Source: Sphagnum compactum (lineage: Eukaryota). From it: DNA of 64,000 nt. A program made the position numbers and the translations under genes. The DNA lies in contig OZ234493.1 of assembly GCA_965153455.1 (NCBI GenBank), positions 30,680,213 to 30,744,212 on the forward strand. The letters run 5' to 3'. Below are positions 38,281 through 50,563 of the stretch, piece after piece. Position 1 is the stretch's first letter. Every line of letters begins with the position of its first letter. The notes under the pieces were generated by a model that searched no databases, was not told the DNA's origin, and saw nothing but the letters and a program-made list of their open reading frames with translations.

Positions 38281-38646
38281 AGAGTTATCTGTAAAGTCAC
38301 GTGATCAGGGGGCGAGAACGGCCAGTTTTGGCAGAGTAGGGCATCAAACACATAACTGGGAATGAAAATTTACAAAATGAAATAACTAGGACCAAGACTA
38401 GTTTTTCCACCAATTTTGATGGTAAATTGAGTTTCTTCCTGTCTTTCCGTTTTCCTGAGCCCCTCCACAGCTGCTACCTACATATATTTTCACTGCTCCT
38501 ACCTGTACAATTATTCTCGAACCTTGTGCACTAAATGCTGAGTTTCAGCATTTTATACTGAGATTTAATAAAATTTCCTTACTTTGCGGATACCACTGAA
38601 AGAGGTGATAGGGGGTGAAAGAGAGGGTGATTTTACAGATTGTCTG
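38281..38646 (+). mobile_element. MITE family A copy
   Basis: Left TIR AGAGTTATCTGTAAAGTCAC preceded by ATT, and right end GTGATTTTACAGAT. The body is colinear with the 40341 copy. Confidence 0.8.
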
Positions 38647-39651
38647 TGAAAAACCTGATGGGGGCTTCCCAATCTTTGGAGCCAATTTCAAATGGGAGGT
38701 AGTACATCTTTATGATTGAAGTTTGGTCAGCCAACTATGGCATGATGTACACATTCTTTTCATCAGCTTCTTGAAAACTTGGCTTTTATGTTGTTCTTGG
38801 ATGATATGAGTTTTGTCACCAATGTCCATAGTAGTAGTAGTAGTTGTTGTTGGTTTTTCAAAGTTGTTCTTTAATTGTTTTTGGCATTTTCAATTTAATT
38901 AATTAATTTATCTTTTTGACACAAATGGAGAACTCCATTGCAACAGGAAAACCAGTACACTGTGTAAGATGGGGAAACTCAACCCCATTCCAAAGACCTG
39001 GAAGTACCATATGAAACAATTTCCATAGTTTCTCTTTGACACCATTATTCGAATCCAACTAGTTTGAGGTCCGTTGTTGTCCATTCTGACCAACCCCATG
39101 TAGATATAGGAAAGTGAAAAAAAATTGAACCAAAAGACCGAAATAGAAATCAAAATAAATTGATATGGGGAACAACAAATGGGCCATCCCAATTGCTGAT
39201 CCAAATTTTTTTGGCATTTGCTCTATATTGTGATAAACAAGTTTGCCACAGATTGAAGGATGGAATTTTCAGTTGTAAATGCGTCACTGCCAAAGAATGA
39301 TGGCAGACATTTTGCAGTATGAAGATTTGCAATGGCAACGAGGTTCCCTGCTGCCAAATAACAGAAGAATTATTTTCTGAGTGAGCTGAAGATGAGCGGG
39401 CCGTGCACAGTGATGATGTAAAAGGCACTCCATAGTGCTCCAAGATACGTCATTTCAGAGTCTGAAGTCATATAAGTAATAATTTTGAGTTAGATCTAGT
39501 TATGGGTAATAGACAGGGAAAGGGAGGAAGGATCAGTGAATTCACTCAAAATTTTGTGAAATCACTTGCCGTGCAAAGACACCTTTTATTATAAAAATGG
39601 GTTATGATATTATAAACAATTCTTTAGAGAGTTATGATTAATAAGTAATTC

Positions 39652-39978
39652 CAGTGTTGGATGGTTCTTTGATATTGTTATAACCTCCAGTTTTGGGTGC
39701 TTTTAAATTTTCAAAATCAAATAACCTTTGATTCCAGGGTTTTAAAAGCATTTAGAATGAGATAACCTCCAGATCTAGGCTGTCAAATTTTTCAAAGAAC
39801 CCACGGGTATCATCAAAGATCAGGTGGTTTAAGGCAGCCTCTTTGATTTTTGAGAACCTTGGTTGCAGGTCAAACCCAGTTCTTTGATCATTTTGAGAAT
39901 AGTTGGGCAAGGGGTTTGTGTATACCCACCCCTTACCCACTGGTTCTTTGTTGAAAAAGAGAGAACCGCCCAACACCA
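39652..39978. mobile_element. Probable hAT-type MITE
   Basis: Ends CAGTGTTGGATGGTTCT / AGAACCGCCCAACAC. Related fragments lie at ~13990 and ~62570-62735. No clear TSD. Confidence 0.55.
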
Positions 39979-40340
39979 GTTCATACTCAATTGTGAACAA
40001 AGCACAAGTCTGAAAGTATCTCCACCTACAGCAATCCAATGGCCTCTACATATTATTTTGAACAAATGAAACCCTTTCAATTGTATGAAACTGAGTTTTA
40101 GCCTGTAAATCAATGTTCATTAGGTGGGAACGAAGAAAAATTAACACTGTTTGTTGGATGTGGTAAAGACAGATAGAGGCCCAAATAGGGCTTGTGGGTG
40201 AAGATGCTGGAGTTCATGATCTCCAGGCAGGAATCAATTCTCGGAAATACTTCAGGTCTGGAGCTGGGAGTAATACTCACTGAAAGCAGAGCACAAATCT
40301 TGGTCCATGGTGCACACTCTCTTAATAGAAGGGAGACAAT

Positions 40341-40726
40341 AGAGTTATCCATAAAGTCACTCAATTAGGGGGCAAGAACAGCTAGTTTCAACATAACGGA
40401 CACTCAAACACATAACCGGGAATGAAAATTTTACAAAACGAAATAACTGGGACACAAACTAGTATTTCCATCAGTTTTGGTGCTAAATTGAGTTTCATCC
40501 TGTCTTTCCTTTTACCTGAGCGCCTCCACTGCTGCTCCATATATTTTCACTACTCCTACCTGTACAACTCCTATAGTCACTTTTCAGCCTTGTGCATTAA
40601 ATGCTGAGTTTCAACATTTCATACTAAGATTTAATGAAAATTTCTTACTTTGCAGATACCACTCAAAGAGGGGATAGGGGGTGAAAGCAGGCCCAAAGAC
40701 AGGGTGACTTTACTACGGATAACTCT
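40341..40726 (+). mobile_element. MITE family A, intact copy
   Basis: TIRs AGAGTTATCCATAAAGTCAC / GTGACTTTAC(tac)GGATAACTCT, with AAT on both flanks. Confidence 0.85.
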
Positions 40727-43303
40727 AATACAATAAGTTTACTTTGGCTTTTTGTTTTGTTCTAGAGTTTCAAGCTGCACACTCACATGAGCAGAACTAA
40801 TAAATGACAAAAAGCCACAAACAGCCATGCCATTGAAACCGGAGGTTTATCCACATCGAAACCAGAGAGGAGCATAATTATGATAGATTTGGTGAGTTTG
40901 TGTGAGTTTCCTCAAGTCAGATCTCAGAAACTATGGATCAACACACTTGTTGAGCACCTGCAGGGTTCATAAAGCTGCAAAAGACCTCAGAAAAAACGCC
41001 TTTTTAGAGACAAATTTCTATCTAGATTTAGCATCATGCATGCACTTCCAAGTTCTTCTTACCTTGACTCTAGAAACACACCAATGTCTCTCTGCTCTAG
41101 CCTACCCATCTTAGCAGAGTTTTTTTTAAGAAATTACTTAATGTAGCCTGCTGCCAAAACGGTGATCATCCATAGGAAGATGTAGATAAAATGGCGATCT
41201 CTTGTTGGAAGATTTAGCCAAAATCTGGCTATTATCCAAATACGAAGTACAATGTTTTTTAAACAACCTTGTATACTCATGTCTACCCACTGAAAACCCA
41301 ATATCCTACGACTTTGGCAGCTTTGACACTAATTATTTATTTTTTTCAGAAACACTGATTTTTTTTTTGAAATTGGCTCTTTCAAATAAGAAACAATTGT
41401 GAAAGGGAATTACTAAATCTTCAAGAATATTCTATATTTCAAAATGAAATTTTCAAAATCAATTAATTATTCGACAAACATGTGCTGAAGCTGCCAAGGA
41501 ACTATGGGTATAGAAATCTGGTGATTATTATTATTATTATTATTATTGTTATTTTATCTCACTTCTACCCTCCAAAATCACATTATCTTTTTTTTCTAAT
41601 TTTTTTATTTCTGTGGAATTTAGCCAGGGGAAAAAAAAAAAAAAAAAAAACACTGCATCTCAGGATCAACTACTACTCATTAGAGAAACAATCAAGTCTT
41701 TCCAGTGGCTCCTCCTCCACCCAAATTGGAGAAGTGATAGAGAAAAATTCCATTTGGGGGAAAAGAAAAAAAGCCAACAAACCAAGAAATCTCAAGCTTT
41801 TCAATGGATTTTTTTTGTTTTTTTTTTTGGACATGAAAAAGGCACATGTTAATTTGTATTTTTCATATCAATGCAATAGTGGGTAGGGAAAATGCAGTGA
41901 GGCAAATTAGCTTCAAAAGAGGTAAGTAGGTTCAGATGGCACAGAAAAGACATTACTTTTGAAATACATTAATTTTCAAGCATAACTCAAATAATTGATC
42001 ATAGAATCAAATACATTAGAAATTTTCGAAAATAAAAAATAAAAAGATATTATATATATATATATATATATATATGTTGGGCATCTTGTTTTCTAAATTA
42101 ACATTGATTAACTGATTGCCAAAACTATGAACTAGTCATGAAAAATAACAAACAAGAGACAAACTTGTCTCCAAAAACTCACAATCTACTTCTAAAGTCA
42201 TTTACAATGTAGTAGATATACGGTTAGTCTAAAACAAGTATGTCATTTAGCTTCAGCATTTGTCAAAGTATGGAATGGATGTGAAAGTTTGAAATCCTTT
42301 AATTTATATAAGCACCTAGAGACTTCAGATGGCAAAGAATAGTTAAAAGTTCAACAACTGCAAGCACAAGTTGAGAGCACAAAAAGGATTTGGTATCCCC
42401 AATTTACTCACAACACCAAACTCTTGATTGCTTGGGTCATAACATTCATCCTTGATATAACATACCACTTTCTCAATTTCATGAGGAGTTAGTACTAGCA
42501 GATAGGCAATTTGAATTTCCCCCTATCTGCTCTGGTTACGACCAGTTCTTTATAAGAACAACCTTTATGACTTAGACAAAGGGGGTAACAGAAACTGATC
42601 ATGTGTTTCTCTCTCCCGCAAAACACTCCTTCAGTCTCAAAGCAGGTCATGGTGCAGATAGGCAATTTCCCTGGCCTAAGAAAAGAGCACAAGAGAAGAC
42701 AATGAATTGGTTCAGCAGCTTGAAAACTGTGGGCTAGGCAAGAAACTTTTGTACCTCACACTTTGAGAAAGACCTAAATCTTCACGCACTTTGAGCTCCC
42801 ACATTTCCTATGCTTTGGAAGTTGGTACACGAGTTAGAAGTGATGTATAACAACCAGACTATTATTACCGAGCAACCCAGATCATGATTGAAACCAATAC
42901 ATCACTAAATTCACCAATGCATAATCATGTGGAGGCCACAAGCTGAAGAAGAATTCAGGAGACTTAATGCCAGCTTTCCATTGAAATAGCTCTTGGTACA
43001 ATCTACAGCATCTAGCTATATCCATCTTGTCTGAAGGTTGCATACCTTTGGTGAATCGCTCCCAATCTAATCTGTTGATGAAAGTCATACAACTGCACTG
43101 TATCTACAAAAATCACCCGAATCCAGGTGTGTTAATGTGGCTGATTACAACAATGATCTTCACCTGCTTGACTTCTCACGGCACAAAATCGATTCACAAA
43201 TAAGTAAAGAACTTCCTGAACTTCAACTCAGTGTTGAATCGACAGTTTCTCTCGTACCTATCTGAATTGTTCATCTGTAAGCTAGTCGAAAGAAATGGCC
43301 TTT

Positions 43304-46300
43304 CTAAGTATGTGCCCTTAGTATCTCTTGTGTAAGCTCTGCTGCAAGATCATGCTCCCTGCCTACAACAACTGATAAATGGCCTGCTCCAGGAATCTTA
43401 GACAGCACAACATTTGAGTAACACTGGCTAAGATCCATGCTGCATTGGATGGGGCAGACAGAATCGCTATCCCCATGAATAATTCGAACTCGCTGACCTT
43501 GCTCTTGGAGGATTCTCATGAAAAATTCAATGGCATAGGCACTGGAGCAAAAAGTGTTATGGAAGATATGCCAGGCAGAGTGGTGTGTATGCTGCATGAA
43601 ATCGTGAAAAACTGAGCAGGGTATCCTGCAGCCACAACCAGACATATGAATCCAAACACTTCCAATACACATGTGCTGCAACGACAATGCACAAGATTGT
43701 ACAAGATTCGCAGGAAAGAAAAAGAACTATGTCCAAGCAGTATAGCCCTTGTGTCTATGTGCAATCAGGGGGAGCAAGAGAAGATCCAGAATCAGAAGAA
43801 GAGGAGTGGAATCTTGGACCAAACCCGATCTCAAGGCCATACTAAAGCCATATAATTTTCACACAGCAAATTTTCAGCCATTTGCAGTGTAGAGATGAAG
43901 GACACATGTCAAGAAGCATAAGCTAGCCTTCCTTCACACAATACAAGGCTTTTGGAGTACTTGCCTCAATCCCAGCAGACGATTGGAAACAAATGCAGCC
44001 AAAGGCTCCCAGAAGTGATGGTGCTTGCAGATGACCCAGCAAACAGCTCGTCCCAGATGCTCATACCAAGACATCACAGAAGCACCAAATGCAACCAACG
44101 GCCAGACTTTCTTTGGTGCCACTTGTTGCATTGTATGTTCTGCAGGCAGGGTGCCTGATGTTGCCAGAAAATATGGCTGCAAGACAGGAAGGTTATCTTT
44201 CAGCTTAGAAGACTAAATCACAAACACTCAGGCAGAGATGTAGTGTATCTCTGCATCAGAAAACTGTAGACAGACTATCCAAACACATACCAATCATGAG
44301 ATTGCAGAGGAAACTCCACAACGACACTTCAAGGGTTGGGTGTAAATGATAGAAGAATCTGCATCCTGAGTTTCTGTTGGATTTCCAATTGAAGCAATGG
44401 GAAGACTCAGCAGCCATGATGTTGGCTAGTACTCCAAGGAGTATCCAAACATGAATAATATGAGAAGTCAACTGATATGCACTACTCGTAAAGAACCAGC
44501 TGTTTTTTTCCGTCGTATATTCAGGTTGCTCACTGAGCTGAAGATGCCAGGGTAACTTCCAAAATCCGGAAGGTCCTGGTCAGGCTGTCAACTGGGCCTT
44601 CCGGATTTTGGAAGTTTCTTTTTTCAAATTTTATGCACAAAAAGATAAAGAAGCATGAAAAAAAACTGCCATTTCCTTATGCATGTAAAGGGTGTGAGTA
44701 TAGACCCTTCTGGATTTTCAGCCCCTCCACTTTGCCTACCGGCCTTGTGACAGGAGCCTCAAATCGGAAGGGTCTACACTCACACCTTTCTCCTATAGGA
44801 AACTGCTTGATCATTATATGCTGGAAGGTGTAGGAGGAAGGGTCAGAGAGATGCCTTACAGGTGATATGAGAGTGACGGATTGAACAGCAGAGGGCTCAT
44901 GGCCTGCCAAAGCTAGGGCAACTGTACAACCCATGGAGTGTGCTACCACATGGAATTTCCTTATCCCATACCGCTGAATCACAGATCTATGACAACAACA
45001 GGAGGTGGAACCCCAACAATTCTATCAACACCCACATGTACATCTTTCTTCATTGGAGAAGGATCTATATTGGATCTCACTTGCCCAGTTGTAAACTGAA
45101 TAAATAGAGGGAGCCTCCTAGCAGCATGCTGATAGATAGAAGAAGAGGGATACAACAAAAGGTGTGAACAAGGACTTGTTTCAAGATCCAACTCTGTACC
45201 TTCGAAGCATGTCGATGTGATCTGCATGTGTGTAGAGGCAATTGGTAGGTTTTGGACTCTTTCCAAAACCAAGCAGGTCCACAGCAAACAGGCGATAGGA
45301 TGCCCGGATCGTTTCTGGTAGTTGAGGAAGCACAGTGTCTACCCAGAAGGAGGAGGATGAAAGAAAGCCGTGAACGAATATCACATTGTTGTCAGCTCTG
45401 TCGAAGTCTCCTGTCACAATGTTGGCTGCACCATACAATACAAATAGTGCAAAACTTCATGAAGTTTTCAACGAATTCTTGTTGCCGAAGTTGCAAGAAA
45501 AGAGAAGTTGCTGCACAATTTCGTTACCAGATTTCAGCATTTGTCAAAGATGCTTTTCTCCCTTTTGCCGCACAATAATGTCTCGCAAGTAAGAAATTAG
45601 AAAGAGAAAGGAGCGGAATTTACGTACTCGTGCCAACGACTTGTACATGAAGTAGATCTTCTCCGTTTGTTTGCCAGGAAGAGCATGTACTACAGGCACA
45701 ATCCGACCAGCGCGTCTTCTTTGCAGGAATGATGCTGCTCTTGGCTCCAACAACACAGTTCTTCGGCACCGTGACTGCTCCTGACATCCCAGAACAATCG
45801 GATTCTTTCCTGGATAATGTCACACCAGTGAGATCCTCCAATTTGGAGACGAAGGCGTCGGAAACTACTCTTCGAAGCGGATCCATTACAGTCCTCTCTT
45901 CACGACCGCTTCCGTAGCGTCTTCGTTCGTCTTCTTCTCGCTGCGAACTGGCAGCATTATTCGCTCGTTTTGCGAGTTCAATGGCGTCCGCACTGAGGCT
46001 CCTGGGAAGCGAATGGACGCTCTTTCGTCCTTGTTTTCTGACGAAGAGAGTATTTGAAGGTCCGGACCAAAAATCACCGTATTCTGATACAATATTTGCT
46101 TCCGTATCAAGCTCTAATATAGTCTGCAGCACCCGATCATCACCAATTCTCTTCTTCTCCTTCTTCTTGTCAAGCTGCTGCTGCATCTGATGATCACTCA
46201 GCGACGGAACTTGATGGCAATAGCACGGCGCTGCAGTATTCTCGTCCATGAGCCGATCAAGAAATACAAACACAGGGCATAGTACTTGATCCAACAAATC

Positions 46301-46396
46301 CAAAAATGCAAACACCAGAAAACTCATAAAGCTTATGCAAACATCTGCCAGCTTCGCTAGCAACGATCTGACAGTCTCCCTCACTACCGCAATCAT
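43304..46396 (-). CDS. BDG: BODYGUARD-like alpha/beta hydrolase (cuticle-related), ~551 aa
   Basis: Exons 46396-45628, 45425-45200, 44986-44860, 44176-43965 and 43625-43304 total 1656 nt, in frame; intron 4 is GC-AG. Motifs: FLDLLDQVLCPVF, RWSDCACSTC, VIFVHGFLSSSSFW, AVDLLGFGKSPKP, HVVAHSMG (nucleophile), HTHHSAWH, IHGDSD, AGHLSVV. Confidence 0.9.
44554..44616. repeat. Intronic hairpin (20-bp perfect stem)
   Basis: AACTTCCAAAATCCGGAAGG - 23 nt - CCTTCCGGATTTTGGAAGTT. Confidence 0.85.
44690..44787. repeat. Second intronic inverted repeat (~27-bp arms)
   Basis: GGTGTGAGTATAGACCCTTCTGGATTT ... AAATCGGAAGGGTCTACACTCACACC. Confidence 0.8.
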
Positions 46397-49300
46397 TTCC
46401 ACCTCTTTATTACTCGATCTAACTCATGAAGAATATTGCATTACTAATGCTTAGCACTCGTAATTAGCACTTTCTCAAATGGACTCTCAATTCTCGTCAA
46501 TTTTAAAGCAACAAACAAACCGACATGTACCGAAACAAATCAAAACCACACATGGATCGATCCTTCAAAGAAAAAGAAACCTCGACAACACTCCAGGATT
46601 AAGAATACAAGAATTCGTCGAAAACTTGCAATTCTGCCTAAGAAAGCAAAACACACGCCGCAAAAGACACTCCGCTTCTTCTTCAAAAGCACAGCCACTC
46701 TTTTTTATAACAGATTTATATCCCAAAAAACTCAATTTCTAAAAAAATAAAAATAGAAAATAGACAAAACTCATCAACAATTTGGCTCCGCCGGCGCTCC
46801 CGTGTGTTTTGAAAAGCTCCAGAAACGGCGTCGAAGATGGAGGGAGGAGCGAACGAAACCGGAGTTCTCTTTGCGAACGGGGAAAGGGAAAACAGAGAAC
46901 AACGAAGAAAAAACAGTAAATGACGCAAAAGTGGAGGTGAAGAGGACTGGAGGTACCTACTAGGTGCCTACCTACCTACCTACCTACCTTGCTGTCTTTG
47001 TTACTGAGTACCTACCTCCCAATCTATCTACCTGTCTCATTTCTAACCACAACATCCATGACCTGGCGGCGTTAGCTCTTTTCACACTGGCGTGCAGGAT
47101 TTGTTTTTTTCTTTCGCTTTTGCCAAGTAGGTGGACTGGCGACCCATACACAAGAGTAATGAGCCAAATCTGGCTAAAGGTTATTTGGCAGGAAAGTAGA
47201 ACTTTTTGGGAATTCGGCGACCTCCATGACCTCAGCATCTAACTGTGACGACTTCTGATTTGTTTTTTTGGTTTTTAAAAAATGGCAATTTTTGTAAAAA
47301 TAAAATAAAATCCAAAAAAAACCCTTTATACAATTCACACGTGATTTATTTTATTTTTTTTAAGGTTTGGACAATTTTTCAAAACCTTGTTATTAGTTAA
47401 TGCTAAATCTTTTTTGGGATGCTCACTAACCATGTTAGATCAGAAAATTGAAAAAAAAATTAATTAAAAAAAATTATTTGCATTGATTATTATGCATGTA
47501 GTGGATACTTCCATCCAACCATTAAATAATAATAATAATCAATGCAACTAATTTCAATGACCATTTTCGTTTAAACATCATCCATTTGGTGGATATTTAT
47601 ATATGTTTTAGGGAAATTTGGCATTTTTGAGGACTAAAAAATAGGTATAAAGGCTTAATTTTCTTAATAATATCCTAGAGTTAGTTTTCTTGATTAGTTG
47701 TGGAGTGCATCTCAAAGTTCAAAAAATGAAATTGCAACAAAACACTTTGATTGGCCCATCACCAAAAATAATAATAATAATAATAATCTGAAAACTTTGA
47801 ACAACACTCTCCTGATAGGAGATGAACTCTCCAAATATTAAATTATAAAGTAGTGTTTTCACTTGGCCCCACCTATAATAGAGAGGTTATGGAGAGTTCA
47901 ATTTTGAGCAAAGGTTAATAATTATGCCACAAAGTGTGGGTACTATTGAGAACATGGTGGGAACACATTGGGAACTTTCGTGTTGCAAAATTGTTTCTTT
48001 ATCACCTCGTGTGCCCTTCTTTTGGTAATGCCCTTGACCTAGGGTTTTACCTTACACTTATACACTTACATAGCTTTCTTCCTATGTCTTTAGAGCACTG
48101 AATCCGAGACATGGGAAGAAAAAGAAAGGGCCATGAGGTTCCTGTAGGCTTTTCTAGTTGTCAACTTAGGATCACCAAAATGGGTTTTTAGGCTACCACT
48201 AAAGGATTGGATCACAAGTGAAACCATTTTGGAATTTAGGTCTTACAATTTTATTTTATTTTTGTTTCACCTCTACTCATTTGTGTCACAAATTCATTTT
48301 CCAATTGGAATTTTCTTTTTTTTTTATAGATGCCATTTTTTTACATCCCTTTAATATTTATGTGATGGGCATCTAGGAGTGCAAAAGGATGTCATTAGTG
48401 CAAATTGCCTCAAATGTTTTTTTTTTGTTTTTTTTTTTGGTTAGCCGGTAGATTTCTCTCACACAAATTGATTTATGTATACGGACCATTGTTTTCTGTT
48501 GTGCAAAATTTTGTCAAAATGTGAGAAATTTAATTTTAAAAGGGAATATTCTGTTTTAATATTCTCTTTTTTGAAAGAATAAAATAATAATAAAAGATCC
48601 CCAATTTCCAAATAAAAAATAAAAAATTCATCACATTGGGACACTGATTGTTACCTTGGTAGGATTTTTTAAACTGGTTTTTTTTAAACTATTTAGACAG
48701 GTTCTAAAAAATGCTGTTGCCATTGCCATTTAATGCTAAATCCCTAAATAAACATGCGTTTGTGGTGTTTTATGTAACTTTATAGCAATGGTTTTTCTTC
48801 ACCTGACAAGGATGATACATTGTTGTTGTTGTTGTTAGGAATTGCGGTGCAAGGAACATGACCGTTGGAGCTTCAACTACATGCCATTGGGTGGGTGAAT
48901 TGGTCCAAGTGGCTGATTCAATAGGGAGCGGTTAACTTCAGCACGTTAACACCTCCCTCTCTGTCTCTCTCTCATTGACAAACATATGTCATTCCTTTGC
49001 TCATGTTAAGAACATTATTATTCCCTATGGCCAAATGTTTGGAGGATTGAGAGTTTTGTGCAAGAAGGTTTTCGAATTCATTAGGAAATGTTGTCCAAGC
49101 GAGTGAGTGAAACACACCATCTTGAAATCGGTCCCTAATATATAGGTCACATCTCGTATTACAAATAATACCATAATTTTGCAAATGCTCATTGAAAAGA
49201 AAATGTTCATTGATGGGCTAAATTTTGTTCAGTAAACACTCACCATTATGGTTTTACATTCTTAAAAAAAATCTATTGTGTGTGCATGGGTGTGTGAACT

Positions 49301-50234
49301 TGTCAAATTATCAATTATGTTCTGCTGCCATAAGCCATGGATATTTTGCAGTGGAATGGTCCGGTCTCTGGAAGGATGGGTAGTAAGGACATATCTTTCC
49401 ATAAGGCTATTATGATCACAAAATTCTCTGATCCCATCAACTTTCCATTATGTTTTTTTGTTTTTTACTAGCTGTGCTCATAATCATCTCACAACTCTAT
49501 TGGTAAAGCATATAGACCAATTTCAAGTGCTACGGAGCTGGGAGTCGGACTGTGACTTACCATGCACTGACATTTGTCCCCTTTTTTCATCAGAACATGA
49601 GTTTCCAGAATTCCTAACATGATTAATTACATATTTTCAATGTAATATATTGCAACTCCCCAATGGAAAGCATCCCTGTAGCAAGAAACAAGGCCCTATA
49701 TCAATGGGTTTATATTATGTTATTGTGATCACAACAATGTTCTCAAAAGATAACCAACCTACGCGGTTAGAAAACAGTTTTTATTGGGTTCCAGTTCTTC
49801 AGCTAACCATGGTGGTTAGTACTACTCAGTTGCTTTTTTTTACTAGGTACCTACTAACAACCAGCAAGTGGGTAGGTAGTAAAGACAGCCTTCCCTATGT
49901 ATAAACCATTTACCTGCCTAGTAGTCACTAATTTTCCTACCGATCTACCTACATTTAGGATCTAATTCCTTCCTACACAATGGGCTACCAAGGTGAAGTT
50001 CACCAGATACTCTAACTCAGTAGTGGTTGATACAGAATGGGCATCCTAATGGGCATCACTCTGGCCATTTTGGGGGTGGGTTCAAATGTACATGAACATG
50101 AGCTAAAAATCTCCATACAAATAATAGCATACAAAAAGGTCCTGAGGAAAGGTCCTCGGGTCTTTCCCACCCAAAAATGTGTGGAGTTGTTAGTTAGTTG
50201 TTACAACAAAGAATGAAAGGAAAAAAAGGGCCAT

Positions 50235-50563
50235 GTCACATTGTGGCCTTGCCATTTACATTAAAATGTATCTTAAGGCAAAAAAAGAAGAAGAATTATG
50301 GAAACTCAACTATTTTTTTACCATACAAAAATATAATCTTCAAAAAATCCTCTAAAACAAACCAAAATAAATCCTTCAAGATATTATTATAACTCTATAA
50401 TAACTAATCTCAAGTTTCAACACAAGCCAAAATATCAACTTTCAAAAATCCTCATTTAAATATAGACCTATTATTATTACCTAGTATGGGCCAAAATCAA
50501 TTAAGCTACTATACTCTATATTGAATTGAAACACCATATCCTTTGCCCTTGTAGGCAAGGCCA
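50235..50563 (-). mobile_element. Repeat family B copy
   Basis: Reverse-complement homolog of 29821-30122. Confidence 0.75.

Noticed and set aside
39230..39460. Exon-like, higher-complexity segment
   Set aside because: Plus-strand frames contain stops and the minus-strand ORF has no recognisable motif. I could not build a gene model.
42882..43088. 68-aa ORF downstream of the BDG-like stop
   Set aside because: Probably 3'UTR or downstream sequence, with no recognisable domain or splice linkage.
30692..46396. Functional cluster of SLAC1-like and BODYGUARD-like genes (water relations/epidermis)
   Set aside because: The genes are ~10 kb apart with TE-filled spacing and no shared regulatory signal was seen. 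Adjacency alone is not evidence.
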